Of a DNA stretch of 64,000 bases, positions 12,416 through 22,631 are shown one piece after another (position 1 is the first letter of the stretch; every line of letters starts with the position of its first letter). Below the pieces are notes generated by a model that saw only the letters and a program-made list of their open reading frames with translations, ran no database searches and was not told where the DNA came from. Both the position numbers and the translations under genes were made by a program. The stretch is from assembly GCA_951406725.2 (NCBI GenBank), contig OX597814.1:96782001-96846000 (forward strand), read 5' to 3'. Origin of the DNA: Octopus vulgaris (lineage: Eukaryota).

Positions 12416-12417
<2 letters not shown>
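11985..12417 (+). mobile_element. Tx1/L1-clade LINE 3' end
   Basis: KEVVWWTRLK...FVEKWVNVGRMA...ILSVHL* then a 3' UTR with AATAAA; homologous to the 3' part of 45350-46130; flanked by (TTA)n on both sides. Confidence 0.6.
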
Positions 12418-12467
<50 letters not shown>

Positions 12468-13180
12468 TCGCTAGTACATACTAATTTAGTTAGCAGGTAT
12501 TTTATCTTGATGTTTGGTGACAACAAGCCTCCTCGAATCTCAAGAATCTTTCTTAGAAGTCTTGTAGAATATAGGATCGTATTTTTCTGCAGGTCAGCAA
12601 TGTGAGTTTCAATTCCAATTTCTTCCATTCTTTTAGGTAGCATTTTGGGTGTTGTGTTAAGTACACCAATTACTTACTACAGGAATGACTGTTGTCTGGG
12701 TCTTCCACAGTATCCTCAGCTCTCTGGGTAGATCCTGATATTTCCCTATTTTTTCAATTTCCCTGGTATTGATTCTGCTATCATAAGAAATTGCAAAATC
12801 TATAATCTTGCAGTTTGTTTATTTTGTCCTCTATAATCATATCTGGTCTTCTTGCCTCTATAGTATGGTCAGTCATTATGGCAAAATCCCACAAGATCTT
12901 GAAATTTGCTTTTTCTATCACAGCCTCTATTTCATGCTCATACCAATTTTCTTTTGTTATGAAGCCACACATTTAGCTAAGACCTTAATGCACTCTTTTA
13001 CCAATACAATTATGTCTGTGCTTATACTCCTGTTGTGCAAGTATACTGCATTCACTCAAAATTTGATTGATACTTTTGCCTCCTTTCCTGCAGATTCTAC
13101 ATTGGTATCTGACTGAGTTTTGTTGCTTTTTGCCTTTATCAGATTTGTTCTAAGGACAGAGGGGAAAAAAACACCTTAGA
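12468..13180 (-). mobile_element. R4/Dong LINE 3' fragment (CCHC + RLE)
   Basis: ENWYEHEIEAVIEKANFKILWDFAIMTDHTIEARRPDMII...IADLQKNTIL; (TTA)n at 12418-12467 and ~13185. Confidence 0.85.
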
Positions 13181-13535
13181 GCAAATTATTATTATTGTTG
13201 GTGTTGTTCTTAAGAAGAACTACTACTACTACCACCACCACCACCACTACTATAAAACCAACAATTATAATGTTTTCTTTCTTAACCACCAAGGGTTGAC
13301 ACAAACATTGAGGGAGGTACAGGACAATGCACTGAAGTAAGTGTAGCAATCATAACTGAGAAAGGGAGGTGAATGTTTGTGTGTATGAGAGAGAGAGAGA
13401 GAGTGCAGGGGTGAAGAGAGAGAATGCAGGTATAAAAAATATCATTAAAGAAACACTACTTAAACAGTTTAGTATTACGATGTGGCAGTGTAGTTATGAG
13501 GGTAATCCCAAGAAAGATTTAAATCAAATAATACA

Positions 13536-13577
<42 letters not shown>

Positions 13578-13739
13578 CATTGTCTATCCCTCCACCCTCG
13601 TTCACTGCTCACTATATTTACCCCATCCCCATCCCCATCCTCTACCCCTTGTCTAGCCACCTCTCACTCTCCCCATACTCTCTTGCAACCTTTAGATTTT
13701 CTGTCTACCTTTTCTCTTCTATTCACATTCTCATACCTT

Positions 13740-13875
13740 GAGGGCAGACTCTAACATGTCTGCACCACCAGTTTCTTCTCTCTCCTACTCTCTCTCTTTC
13801 CCTCTCTCTCCCTTTCTCTCTCTCCTTTTCTTTCTCTCTCTCTCCTTTTCTTTCTCTCTCCCTCTCTCTCTTCAG
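13740..13875. repeat. Polypyrimidine (CT)-rich tract
   Basis: Direct reading. Confidence 0.85.
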
Positions 13876-14283
13876 CTCCATCTCGATTACTTTCAACCAT
13901 TCATTTTTAATGCAAGTTAGTCCTGTAGCTCCTCTACAGTAACAAATCTGTTCCTACCCTCGTTTCATACTTTAGCTTCTCAAGCTTCTCAACACCTGGC
14001 ATTAAGCCAATTTCCCCTCTGTTATGTCCAGGGTGGAATCTTTCATCTGGCACTCGGATGAAAGATTTCACTCAGTCCACAGTGGAATTTTTTTATCTGG
14101 CAAGTTATGTGGTGGCCTCTTTGGAGCTGGTGCTATGAAAACTGAACCAAGTACACTATGTAAAGTAGTTGGTGTTAGGAAGGGTATCTAACCATAGAAA
14201 CCATTCTAAAGCAAACATTGGAGGCATAACATACTTCACTAATTAGTCAGGTCTTGTTGAACCAGCATAGAAATGAACATTAA

Positions 14284-14323
<40 letters not shown>

Positions 14324-14324
<1 letters not shown>

Positions 14325-15446
14325 TTTTTTTTTTCTTCTTTCAAATTTGCTTCCATTTCTTGCCGAGTGTCTTCCCGACTCCTAGGGCACAGAAACTCAT
14401 AGTATACATTGGTAGGCCATTAAACCAAACTCAGTAGTTCGTTCATTTTTTTTTTTTTTTTTAAAGTTAAATTAAAATACATGAGCAGCAACAGTTCTCA
14501 CATCGACAATGCTCTTCTCAATACGTGTGATGTACCAGTTAAGACAATCTTTTGCACTTCTTGCAGGGATGGTAAGCCAGGGATCATTCTCATATAATTT
14601 TTGGTTCCCTTCTTGATCATTCCTAGTGCTCCTACGATCACTGGTATTGTAACCGCCTTGAGATGCCACATTTTCTCAATTTCAATGAGTAGGTCTTTAT
14701 ATTTTCTGAGCTTGTCAAACTCTTTCGCTGAGATATTATGATCACAGGGGATGCTCATGTCGATCAATAAGCAAACTTTATTGTTTTGGTCTTTCACAAC
14801 AATATCTGGTTTATTGGCCTTGATGGTTCGGTCTGTATGTACTGGAAAGTCCCACAGAATGGTTACATTTTCTCCTTCAGTTACAGCCTCAGGGTGGTGA
14901 TTATACCACTTGTCGGCAGTTTTGATATTGTAATGCCGACTTATTAGCCAGTGGAGATATTGGCCAACTCTGTCATGTCTTAATTTATACTCCACTGGTG
15001 CTAAGACTTTACATCCAGAGATTAGGTGGTCCACTGTTTCAATCATGTCGTTGCAGAATTGGCATTTTGGGTCTGCTCCATTTTTCATCACATTGGCCTG
15101 GTAGTTCCGGGTTAATAGGCTTTGATCTTGAGCAGCCAGGATGAAACCTTCGCTCTCTGCTTTTAGCCCTGAGCTCCGTAGCCACTGATGGGTTTGCTTC
15201 TGGTCAACATCAGCTTGTTTGCTGCGGGTCACATATTTGCCGTGCAGAGGTTTCTCCTCCCACCTATCAGCCAATTGCTCGTGCGCTTTTTTCATTGCCA
15301 TCATTTTCACCTTCATTGCAACAATAGTTGCCGTACTTCCCTCGGGTTGTTCAGTTTGGGTATCCTGCACGAGATCAATAGCAAATTTTTTGCTTTCCTT
15401 TATGATAGAATGAAGCTTCTTTCATCTCTCGTGATTTTCCACGAGC

Positions 15447-15447
<1 letters not shown>
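14324..15447 (-). mobile_element. R4/Dong LINE 3' fragment with uninterrupted 290-aa frame (CCHC zinc knuckle + RLE)
   Basis: WEEKPLHGKY...LKAESEGFILAAQDQSL...CQFCNDMIETVDHLISGC...RHDRVG...ILWDF...NKPDIVV...LLIDMSIP...KLRKYKDL; flanked by (TTA)n at 14285-14322 and 15448-15632. Confidence 0.93.
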
Positions 15448-15487
<40 letters not shown>

Positions 15488-15491
15488 CATA

Positions 15492-15526
<35 letters not shown>

Positions 15527-15548
15527 TATTATTACTATTATTATTATA

Positions 15549-15592
<44 letters not shown>

Positions 15593-15632
15593 CATAATTA
15601 TTATTATTATTATTTTTATTATTATTATTATT
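15448..15632. repeat. (TTA)n microsatellite
   Basis: Direct reading. Confidence 0.98.
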
Positions 15633-16044
15633 GTGCGAGAGAGCAGTGCATGCCATCAAAGTGACTGGGGTAAAATATATGAAGCCCAATTTACCCATCA
15701 TGACCACCCATCTGATTCATTCCCAGTTTGATTCAGGTATGTATTGTTGATAAACCACAAAAATGGCAAAATATTTGACTCCACCACTCCTGAAATTCAT
15801 TGGAAACAAATTGTTTTGCCTATGTTTTTCAGGTGTTTTAACACCCAGCAATATGAGGGAGTCATCCCCCACCAAACACCTTATTGCAGCAAACAGGCAA
15901 ACAAAACATTTACATTGAGTATGTGCTGATGGGGCCGCACTGAAGAAATAACAAGAGACTGAGAGATGTGGCAATTTGCTGTACTTGATAAGACACATCA
16001 AGCTAAGTTAAATTACTGTCTTCTATACACACAGATTTGTGCCA

Positions 16045-16330
16045 GTAGCACATGGCCTAGTTGTTAGAGTAGCAGACTCGCGGTCGAGGGATCACTGGTT
16101 CGAATCTCAGACCAGGTGATGTGTGTGTTTATGAGCAAAATACCTAAGCTCCACATGGTTCTGGCAGAAGGTAATAGTGAACTTCTGCTGACTCTTTTGC
16201 CACAACTTTCTCTCACTCTTTCCTCCTGCATCTTGCAGCTTACCTGCAACGGACCGGCGTCCTGTTCAGGTGGGGAAACTGGGAAACCGGCCCTTATGAG
16301 CCAGGCATGGCTCGAGAAGAAACAAACAAA
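16045..16330 (+). mobile_element. tRNA-derived SINE, family C
   Basis: TGGCCTAGTTG A-box and GGTTCGAATCT B-box; homologous to 59958-60245 (+) and 19135-19520 (-). Confidence 0.8.
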
Positions 16331-16339
16331 GAAGGAACA

Positions 16340-16535
16340 ACTTGTGCCAGTGGCACATAAATTGCATCCAGCATGCACTCTTAAGCGGTTGGCATTAGGA
16401 AGGGCCTCCAGCTGTAGAAACCATGCTATAACAGTCAAGTGGAGTCTGGACAGCTCCTTGCTAACCAGCTCTGTTTCAAACCATCCCACCTATGCCAGCA
16501 TGGAAAGTGGATGTTAAACAATGATGTTGATGATG
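16340..16535 (+). mobile_element. Family D SINE/RTE-related repeat with (GAT)n tail
   Basis: GGTTGGCATTAGGAAGGGC...TGTAGAAA...CCATGCCAGCATGGAAA...GTTAAA(GAT)n, shared with many copies. Confidence 0.75.
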
Positions 16536-16933
16536 ATATATGAATATACATTACCTGTCAAATATGAATAAAATCGTGCCTGTCTCTTTATAATAACTTT
16601 TAATGTTTTTACAATAATTTACCAAATCAGTTGCTGACAGAGGCTGGACTTCCTTCTGGGAAACTGTCAGCCAAGTACACATCATGAGCAAAACAACATG
16701 AATCCAATAAATATCCAAAATAGCTTATCAATGAATAAAGACCTTGGTTGAATAAAGACCTTGTTCACAATGTCTTACAGGTGCAGCAGCTTCCTGATGG
16801 CTGAAACATGAGTTGATCAATAAGAACTAAACTTACTAATGACAAATTAGGAATGGTTTCACCACTTGAGGATAAATTGCCCTTTAAGAAACACATCTCA
16901 AAGACAAGACATAATTTGCAAGTATGTGTGTGT

Positions 16934-16972
<39 letters not shown>

Positions 16973-18062
16973 TGTATATATATACAGGTTGCTAGTTCTA
17001 GCTGGTGGGGGTGCTTGCTTCCCCTTTGCAAACATAAGGACACAGCAAATGTGTCAAAGCTGACAAGAAGCGTCAATGCATCCTAGGGCTATATAGCGGT
17101 GGTGTAATTCCCTTTACGGGACTGTTACGTTATGTTGACTTTATACAACCACTCTATTGCTCCACCACCGCTCATGTCTCGTTGAGACATTTAGAAATTC
17201 AATATTTCTAATTATATATATATATATATATATTGATATAAATATATATATATTGATATGAAGTTCAATATATGTCTGGTCATAGAGTGACCAATGGTTT
17301 CACACCTGTAAAGCGCTTACTTTATGTAAATTCATTACTGCTCTAACTTTTAGAGTGAGCTTCTTTTTCGGATGCATGATCAACTGATGATGATGTGTGT
17401 GTAAGATTCTGGAGAAGCTCCCCAGCTTGCCAGCTCTGGTCAAACCATCCAATCCATGCCAGCATGGACAACAGACATTAAATAATGATGGTAATGATGA
17501 TACGTAAATATATACACGCAAAATATGATGCACACACATGCCTAGGTATTATGTATATGTGTTTTTCTGTGTGATTGTGTGCGTGTGTATGTGTGTGTGT
17601 GTGTGCGTGCATGTGTGTGTGTGTACATACACTAAATTGTATCAAATAAATGAGAAAGAAGGACGCAATACATGATACAGAGCATATAGTCTGTTGAAAC
17701 TGAATTTTCATCTCATGACTCAAGCTTCACTTCACAGCAATCCTGTCTGACGGTCATAGTGGCATGAAACATAGGTCATCAGATAAAAATCCAGTGCACA
17801 TGCACACACACACACACACACACACATATACGAAGTATTTTCATAGAAGTTTTGTTGAAACAATTTCCTTCGATGCTATGGCGATCAATTGCTCAGCATA
17901 TATGACTAGATCATTAATAACAGACACAAGATTAGTCACAAAGATATTGATGAAATAATTATCAACTATGAAATAAAAACAATATCAGAAACTCCAATCT
18001 TTCACTTTAAATATACATACATACATACATACATACATACATACATACATACATACATACAT

Positions 18063-18093
<31 letters not shown>

Positions 18094-18104
18094 TATATAT
18101 ATAT

Positions 18105-18520
18105 ATTCAAAATAAGCAACAAGGATATTCAGATGTAATGCAGTACGATCGTTTCATGCGACTCCATTTAATTGAACAATGCAAATATTACATTAGTTTT
18201 AAAATGTAGAGCAATCTTCAGCTGCATAAAAATATAGAATTTAGTTAAGTTCAAAGGATTTGTTTGTATAATTATTCTATTAACCAAAATCACAAAGAGG
18301 ATAAGTAGATAGACAAAGAACATGCTTCATCAACAATGTCATAGTTGTAACTGATATTTTTTCTCAGGAAGACACAGATACTGCATTACCTCTGGATATC
18401 TTTGTTGCTTATTTTGATTGTAATCACCCCATTTCGAATTATATGGATAATACCATACTAAATTCTGGTGCCTTTAACTTAAGTACCGTATTCAACTGAA
18501 TCTAAATTTTACTGAACTTA
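18105..18520 (-). mobile_element. PLE pLTR relic with inverted partial pLTR
   Basis: 18107-18146 is inverted-repeated at ~18380-18418. Contains a hammerhead motif, is homologous to 33605-33910, and is bounded by (TA)n. Confidence 0.72.
18138..18227 (-). ncRNA. Type I hammerhead ribozyme motif
   Basis: Minus strand: ATGCAG-CTGAAGA-stem II with long loop-GAAA-C-GATC-GTA-CTGCAT. Perfect 6-bp stem I and palindromic loop 3. Confidence 0.8.
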
Positions 18521-18531
18521 TATATATATAT

Positions 18532-18804
18532 ATATGAAAGGATGCTGAAAAATTCCTGGATTTAAGGGTATTGCGAAATGCCTGGCTGGAGGCCTAACTT
18601 TTTTAGAAATAGTTCTTTCAGAAATAGTGAAGGATCACTGCAATAAGTGTTTGAATTTGAGAGGGAAATATGTTGAATAAAATCATAATTAAAGGCGGTG
18701 CTCCAGCATAGCCACAGTCAAATGACTGAAACAAGTAAAAGAGTAACTGATCTTCCTGTATTTTCTATTACAAAAAGCCAGGAACTTTTCAGTACCCTCT
18801 CGTA
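18532..18804 (+). mobile_element. Tc1/mariner-derived MITE
   Basis: TIRs (T)GAAAGGGATGCTGAAAAATTCCTGG / CCAGGAACTTTTCAGTACCCTCTCG flanked by TA; transposase tail HCNKCLNLRGKYVE*; SINE B 3' piece inserted at ~18690-18745. Confidence 0.75.
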
Positions 18805-18808
18805 TATA

Positions 18809-18852
<44 letters not shown>

Positions 18853-18974
18853 TATATATATATATATACACATCTATATACGAGAGGGTACTGAAAAGTT
18901 CCTGGCTTTTTGTAATAGAAAATATATATATATATATATAACGCCAAAAAAATCTCGGTGAGACCTTAAATTTT

Positions 18975-19104
18975 TTGGTGTTAGGAAGGGCATCCAACCG
19001 TAGAAACATTGCCAGATCAGACTGGGCCTGGTGCAGCCTTCTGGCTTCCGAGACCCCAGTTGAACCGTCCAACCCATGCTAGTATGGAAAACGGACGCTA
19101 AACA

Positions 19105-19136
<32 letters not shown>
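18975..19136 (+). mobile_element. Family D repeat 3' part
   Basis: Near-identical to 26601-26783 and 62035-62180 (reverse complement); (GAT)n tail. Confidence 0.85.
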
Positions 19137-19520
19137 ACATTGTGGTACTCCATCGGTTACAACGACAAGGGTTTCAGTTGATCTGATCAACAGAACAGTC
19201 TGCTCGTGAAGTCAACGTGCAAGTGGTTGAGCACTCCACAGATACATGTACCCTTAATGCAGTACTCGGGAAGATTCAGCATGACATAGAGTGTGACAAG
19301 GCTGGCCCTTTGAAATACAGGTACAGCAGAAACAGGAAGAATGAGTGAGAGAAAGCTGTGGTGAAAGAATAAAGTAGGGTTCACCACCATCCCCTGCTGG
19401 AGCCACATGGAGATTTAGATATTTTCACTCAATAAACACTCATAATGCCCGGTCTAGGAATCAAAACTGCGATCCTATGACCGTGAGTCTGCTTCTCTAA
19501 CAATTGGGCCATTGCACCTC
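19137..19520 (-). mobile_element. Family C SINE
   Basis: Reverse complement of the tRNA head seen at 59958. Confidence 0.8.
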
Positions 19521-19549
19521 AAACACACACACACATATACATACATACA

Positions 19550-19840
19550 TATATTGTATAAAAGATAGTGGGTAAGGCCAAAACAATACGAAATAATTGC
19601 AAGGTAAATAACAAGTAAACAAATATGTGAATTAATGTAGACTTACCTTGTATTCAATATTTCAGGGTTATGACACGTGCACATCAGCAACAGTTGTCAA
19701 TTTCTTGAAAATGGGGTCATAACCCCAAAATATAGAATACAAGGTAAGTCTACATTAATTCATATATTTGTTTTCTTGTGATTTACCTTACATTTACTTC
19801 ACATTGTTTTGGCCTTACCCACTATCTTTTATACAATATA
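19550..19840. repeat. Imperfect inverted repeat (~120-bp arms), likely inverted PLE pLTR pair
   Basis: ATATTGTATAAAAGATAGTGGGTAAGGCCAAAACAAT...GGGTTATGAC mirrored by GTCATAACCCC...ATTGTTTTGGCCTTACCCACTATCTTTTATACAATAT. Confidence 0.85.
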
Positions 19841-19883
19841 TTCTACACAATGCTTCACAGTAATTATTCCATTATTATATATA

Positions 19884-19927
<44 letters not shown>

Positions 19928-20301
19928 ATGTGTGTGTGCATATGTGTGTGTGTGTGTGTGTGTGTAGCAATGTAGCTATCTTTGATTCACTCTATATATA
20001 CATATACAAATATATATATTAGCTATCTATTTATATATACATACTTACATATATGTGTGTGTGTGTGTACATAGATAAAGAACATATATGTATATGTGTC
20101 TATGTGTGTACATGTGTCAAAATGTGCAACACAAATGGTGTCTTTTGCTGCCAATTTTCCCTGAAAAGATGTCCAACCATAGGCAAGTATTACTTTGCTG
20201 AGAAGCCAATGAAGGTTGGCAATAAGAAAGCCATTGGGCTTTAAGGAATCCATGACAATGAATTCCATCCAACCATGCTAGCATGGAGAAGTAGACATTA
20301 A

Positions 20302-20519
20302 CCCTTTTGTTACTGTATTTATTTTGAGATGCTCTGTGCTTCTTTCAATTACTTTAAATATAACAAAGAATTTAGTAAAATAACTTAGTTATCATTCAGC
20401 TAGTGTTAGGAACATAAATTGTGACAAAGGTTTGGTGGAAGATTTTAGTTCAAAACTTGAAAACAAGACATTTGTACTCAGAGCCAGATCCGGTTTCAGC
20501 TGGGTTGGTAACGAAAGGG
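20302..20519. mobile_element. piggyBac-type MITE
   Basis: TTAA on both sides; TIRs CCCTTTTGTTAC / GTAACGAAAGGG (11/12 match). Confidence 0.85.
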
Positions 20520-20540
20520 TTAAAATATATGTATATGCAT

Positions 20541-20765
20541 AAGGCGGCAAGCTGGCAGAATCATTAGCACACCAGGCAAAATGCTTAATGGCATTTTGTC
20601 TGCTGTTATGTTAAGAATTCAAATTCCACCGAGATCAACTTTGCCTTTCATCCTTTTGGGGTCGATTAAATAAGTACCAGTTACACACTGAGGTCGATGT
20701 AATCGACTTATTCCCTTTGTCCGTAATGTTGGACCCCTCTATGTTTAGCCCCCTGTAGGCAGTTT
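20541..20765 (+). mobile_element. Family A SINE
   Basis: Homology to 44-260 with a variant 3' end. Confidence 0.85.
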
Positions 20766-20778
20766 GTGTGTGTGTGTG

Positions 20779-20822
<44 letters not shown>

Positions 20823-20841
20823 GTGTTAATACATAAATGTC

Positions 20842-20889
<48 letters not shown>

Positions 20890-20962
20890 ATACAAATACA
20901 TACATATATATATAGAGATTTAAATAGCTGTATTCACACAATTACATACACACACACATATG

Positions 20963-20997
<35 letters not shown>

Positions 20998-21383
20998 AAA
21001 CATATATACTAGCATAAATATATATTATATACACACACATATATCCCAACACAGCCAGTTAGACACATAATGTCTGTAATGACACTACCTAAATATGCCA
21101 TCTGTATTTTCCTTTTCTCATTTTTTTTGTCAAGAAATTACTGATTTATAAACCTACACAATTGTATAAGTGGTATAAATAGTTTCATATGAGTGTGTAT
21201 TCAATGTGGTTGTCTGATATTCAATGAAACCTGTCCCTCTACATACAATTTGTTGTACTTTATGGTATTGTAATATCTTTTCATACATTACAAGAATGCC
21301 TGACTTGATGATCCATGCCAGTTGGTTTGTGTTTGTGTACATATGTATACGTTTGCGTGTGTGTGCTTGCATGCATGAGGGCA

Positions 21384-21433
<50 letters not shown>

Positions 21434-21463
21434 CTCATGCATGCAAGCACACACACGCAAACG

Positions 21464-21504
<41 letters not shown>

Positions 21505-21507
<3 letters not shown>

Positions 21508-21874
21508 TTTTTTCTTTTATTCTTTTATTTGTTTCAGTCTTTTGACTCCAGGACTTATTCTTTGTCAGCCTAGTACTTATTCTATTGGTCTCTTTTTGCC
21601 GAACTGCTAAGTTACTGGAATGTAAACACACCAACATCGGTTATCAAATGATGGTGGGGAGACCAACACAGACACGCATGCACACACACACACACACACA
21701 CACACATGCAACTTGCTTCTTTCAGTTTCCATCTACAAAATCCACTCACAAGGCTTTGGTCAGCCTGAGGGTTTAGTAGAAGACACTTGCCCAAGGTACC
21801 ACGCAGTGGGACTGAACCCCAGAGGCATGTGGTTGATAAGCAAGCTACTTATCACACAGCTACTCTTACACCTA

Positions 21875-21913
<39 letters not shown>

Positions 21914-22280
21914 GCAGGCATGGCTGCATGCTAAGAAGCTTGCTTCCCAACCACATGGTTCCAGGTTCAGTCCCACAGCGTGATACCTGGGATAAGTGTC
22001 ATCTACTGTAGTCTTTTGAGTGGATTTAGTAGACGCCCATTATATATATGTATATATATTTATGTGTGTGTCTTTGTGTCTGTGTTTGTCCCCTGCTATC
22101 GCTTGACAACACATGTTGGTGTGTTTACGTCCCAGTAACATAGCAGTTTGGCAGAAGAAACCAATAGAATAAGTACCAGGCTTACAAGGAATAAATCCAG
22201 AGGTTGATTTTCTTCAACTGAAATATGGTACTCTAGCATGGCCCCAGTCAAATGACTGAAACAAGTAAAATAAAAGAATA
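21505..22280. mobile_element. Two family B (CORE-like) SINEs, head-to-head across (TA)n
   Basis: 21505-21875 (-) and 21911-22280 (+). tRNA head GGCTG...AAGAAGCTTGCTTCCCAACC...GGTTCAGTCCC, CORE-like ACCTTGGGCAAGTGTCTT, internal (TG)n, tail GACTGAAACAAGTAAAA. Confidence 0.85.
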
Positions 22281-22433
22281 TATATGTGTGTGTGTATGTG
22301 TGTATAAATGTATATGTATGTATTTATGTATATATTTATATAGACGCACACACTCATATGTGTAAATATATATACACATATACGTAGGCGTCAATTTACT
22401 TATACTATGTATTTTTTAATGTATGTATGTATG

Positions 22434-22472
<39 letters not shown>

Positions 22473-22505
22473 TTAGCTGGCTAAATGTGTGTATGTGTGC
22501 ATGTG

Positions 22506-22540
<35 letters not shown>

Positions 22541-22552
22541 TCATTTTATATT

Positions 22553-22631
<79 letters not shown>

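Noticed and set aside
13482-13503. miR-34-like sequence TGGCAGTGTAGTTA
   Set aside because: The match stops after ~14 nt and no complementary arm is nearby.
15720-15900. Plus-strand mini-intron and exon (CAG|GTATGT...TTTTTCAG|)
   Set aside because: No convincing upstream exon or downstream donor, and the peptide is unrecognised.
16555-16670. Minus-strand exon resembling Arf GTPase 'YY..T..IIFV.D' (SYYKETGTILFIFD|GTAATG)
   Set aside because: No G3 motif upstream, ambiguous acceptor, and the order relative to the 32.3-kb candidate is wrong for one gene.
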